64,000 nucleotides of DNA, taken from assembly GCA_951406725.2 (NCBI GenBank), contig OX597820.1, positions 123,008,001-123,072,000 on the forward strand, in the 5' to 3' direction. Positions 62,817 to 64,000 of the stretch are shown here, one piece after another. Every line of letters begins with the position of its first letter. Position 1 is the stretch's first letter. The notes beneath the pieces were generated by a model. It searched no databases and was not told where the DNA came from. It saw only the letters and a program-made list of their open reading frames with translations. The position numbers were made by a program, and so were the translations under genes. The stretch is from Octopus vulgaris (Eukaryota).

Positions 62817-64000
62817 TGTGAGAAAGGGGGAGACAGAGGGAAGGAGTTAGTTTTATGCACAGAAGTGAAAATTTATGCAAATTATCCATCAATATTTTGT
62901 CTCTAACCATAAATATGCAAAACTATTTGTGTATAAAACCAGTCAGGCGCGGTACGCCAATAAAATATATTGCAACCATCACGTTTTCCAGCACATTTTC
63001 ACGTACACTGGTCACACAAATAATAATCTAGATACAAATACACTCATATACATACACACACACACGTATACATATGTATATGTCTGTGTGTACGTGTGTA
63101 TGAGCCTGTGTGTTTGTGTTTGTGTTTGTGTGTGTGTATGTATTGTATGTGTGCCTATATGTACGTGTATACATACGTCTAAATAATCGAAACAATAGTC
63201 TGGTTAGAGAATATTTCTCTGAGAATCAGTCAAGCTATTCAACAGTGCTTGGATTAGGAAATGTCATTCAAGTTTAATGGAAAGATTATCTTATTGTCTA
63301 GCTTCTCTCGTCTACGTAATGAGAGGGACAACGGGACTGTAGAAGCTTGTCATTCTCTCTATCTCTCACACACCTACACACACACACACACACACACACG
63401 CACGCACGCACACCACCCCACCGTACACAATCTTACCTTCTCGAAAATTTTTCTACTTTCCTTATTGGAACAATACAAAGAAATCAGGAAATACGTCAAT
63501 GTAAATTAGTCATTCAGCCAACATTTGTTACCATCTTTTATTTGGACTTACCGCCCATTACATTTCGCTATTTTCATATTGTTTATTGCCTCTACCGTTG
63601 CTGCTGCTACAATTGTTTTTGTTGTAAGTGGTGCTATCACTGCTATTTTCGGCTGTATTTTTAGTTTAGCATTCTCTGAATTTGTTGTTGGAAACTAATT
63701 TATAACCATGTTATTGTTTTCGTTTATTTACCTTCTTTATTTGAATTCATTGTATCTAGTTGCTGGTGATAGCAACGATGAAATCCACTATTGTTGATGT
63801 TGTTGCTGCTTCTGTTGTTGTCTATGATATTTTGCCATCCTTTCTGATCATTTGGTAATTATGGTTAGTATTTACTAGTGTCTATACTACCTCTCTCCAC
63901 AATTTGATTATTTAGGAAAAATACTTGCAGACTTTATAGCTTTTATTTATGGATTATACCTTTTTGATCAACGTAAAAAAGTTATTTATTTACTTTAAAT

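Noticed and set aside
1-64000. Prokaryotic systems (CRISPR arrays, operons, defence islands) and rRNA genes
   Set aside because: The sequence is eukaryotic repeat-rich DNA; no repeat-spacer arrays, gene-dense stretches or rRNA signatures were seen.

Overview
AT-rich, repeat-saturated eukaryotic DNA. The tRNA-derived SINE families, the LINE mix and the extreme (TA)n/(TATC)n/(TAA)n load look like an Octopus (coleoid cephalopod) intron or intergenic region; this is recognition from memory, not a database result. I see no convincing host protein-coding exon, and almost all ORFs in the track are microsatellite artefacts or decayed transposon pieces. Identifiable content: three SINE families; fragments of RTE, CR1-like, L1/Tx1-like, R4/Dong-like and Penelope-like (PLE) retroelements; Tc1/mariner and piggyBac-like relics; two copies of an 8-bp-TSD MITE carrying TTAGGG repeats; and two non-autonomous Helitrons. 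The most interesting signal, read by eye, is about 14 type I hammerhead-ribozyme (HHR) motifs from several unrelated short repeat families. Three have a fully intact catalytic core with plausible stems. Most have a palindromic, loop-less stem III, and many sit in 100-350 bp cassettes beside or between (TA)n tracts. They occur as outward-facing pairs in fold-back palindromes (23561-23739, 48122-49018) and as a 352-bp partial tandem (54226-54712). This fits non-autonomous PLE pseudo-LTR or retrozyme-like elements.
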